Shown piece by piece: positions 63,451 through 64,000 of a DNA stretch of 64,000 bases. Each line of letters begins with the position of its first letter. Position 1 is the first letter of the stretch. Source of the stretch: Terriglobales bacterium (lineage in GTDB: Bacteria > Acidobacteriota > Terriglobia > Terriglobales > SCQP01); contig JBOGKM010000086.1 of NCBI GenBank assembly GCA_050747745.1, positions 69,734-133,733 on the forward strand. The letters are read 5' to 3'. The notes below the pieces were generated by a model. That model did not search any database and was not told where the DNA came from. It saw only the letters and a list, made by a program, of their open reading frames with translations. The translations under genes were made by a program, and so were the position numbers.

Positions 63451-64000
63451 GGTTCCCCCTCCTCGCTCAGCCAACGCTCCAGGCCCGGCTCCCAGGCCGC
63501 GGTCAGCTCCTCCCGGCTCAGTTCCGCGATCACCTGCCCCTGCCAGCGCACCTGCACGCCCGCGGCGGCGGGCAGCGTTGTTCCCAGCCGATGCGCCCGC
63601 AAGGCGGCACGCTCCGCCTCAGCGCGCAGCCGCTCCCAATCCTGCGGCCGGCAACTGATCAGCACAGTCGAGGCCGGTTCGGCAAACAACGCCAGCACTG
63701 GTTCGGGTCCGCTCACTTCGACAGCCGCTCCGCAACCAGCTCCCGGAGGCTCCTCGGCCCTGCGCGCGAGGCAACATTCGGTCAGGCAGGCGGCCAGCCC
63801 TGCGGTCGAGACCTGGTGAGCCGAGGCCAGCCAGTGGTGTCGCCAGGCGGCGTGCAGAAGCGACAGCAGCCGCTGTTCCGCCTCCAGATCGAGCGCCGGC
63901 GGCATACCCCAGGGGCAGCCCAAAATCGCCGCTGCGTACTCGCTCGATCCCAGCCGCTGCTGGAGTTCCGGCAGGGCCGCCGGCGGAGCGCCGCTCAGGA
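63447..64000 (-). CDS. purL: Phosphoribosylformylglycinamidine synthase subunit PurL, 3' end (gene continues beyond the window)
   Basis: The C-terminal PurL pattern is present: PALDLEAEQRLLSLL...SAHQVSTAGLAACLTECC (HD-x-S-x-GGL-type block), then LFAEPASTVLISC. The frame is still open at the window edge. Confidence 0.8.
   Translation of the reverse strand, partial: LSGAPPAALPELQQRLGSSEYAAAILGCPWGMPPALDLEAEQRLLSLLHAAWRHHWLASAHQVSTAGLAACLTECCLARRAEEPPGAGCGAAVEVSGPEPVLALFAEPASTVLISCRPQDWERLRAEAERAALRAHRLGTTLPAAAGVQVRWQGQVIAELSREELTAAWEPGLERWLSEEGEP

Noticed and set aside
1-64000. Scan for CRISPR arrays, rRNA genes, IS elements, integrases, and long direct or inverted repeats
   Set aside because: No regularly spaced short repeats, rRNA-like stretches or transposase/integrase-like ORFs were seen. 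The only repeated sequences are diverged protein-level paralogs (ADOP permeases, KS genes, PaaK-like genes).

Overview
This is a GC-rich bacterial chromosomal window; third codon positions are almost all G/C. It is most likely Acidobacteriota. Two intact copies and one decayed copy of the MacB/FtsX-type 'acidobacterial duplicated orphan permease' (ADOP) architecture are present, along with a sortilin/BNR Asp-box protein. Many long antisense shadow ORFs are typical of high-GC DNA. I support about 54 protein-coding genes, one pseudogene and one tRNA-Gln(CUG). I saw no rRNA, CRISPR array, integrase, transposase or phage genes. Most of the window is housekeeping: panBC, serS, mnmG, rlmN, birA, nadC, purF, a purL 3' end, glmU, pgsA-like, an acyl-CoA dehydrogenase and a ClC channel. 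The stand-out is a 13.6-kb, 13-gene, tightly translationally coupled minus-strand operon at 27590-41203. It combines a private fatty-acid-synthase/type-II-PKS-like set with a myo-inositol-1-phosphate synthase, a DegT-family aminotransferase and a SAM methyltransferase. The private set comprises two KS enzymes, each with a non-catalytic KS-like partner, a FabG-type KR, a FabZ-type DH, a FabL-type ER and an unusually long ACP. Two paralogous PaaK/F390-synthetase-like adenylating enzymes bracket the core. I do not recognise this combination as a described pathway. My inference is a specialised (amino)cyclitol-linked lipid. Secondary items are: an adenylation-carrier-lysophospholipid-acyltransferase tri-domain protein; a porin/PBP-like/HAMP-cyclase sensor module; an orphan 872-aa helical-repeat protein with a DUF2325-like tail; a stand-alone Clp D2-type AAA+ ATPase; and a decayed ADOP gene. 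All function calls rest on motifs read by eye. No database search was run.
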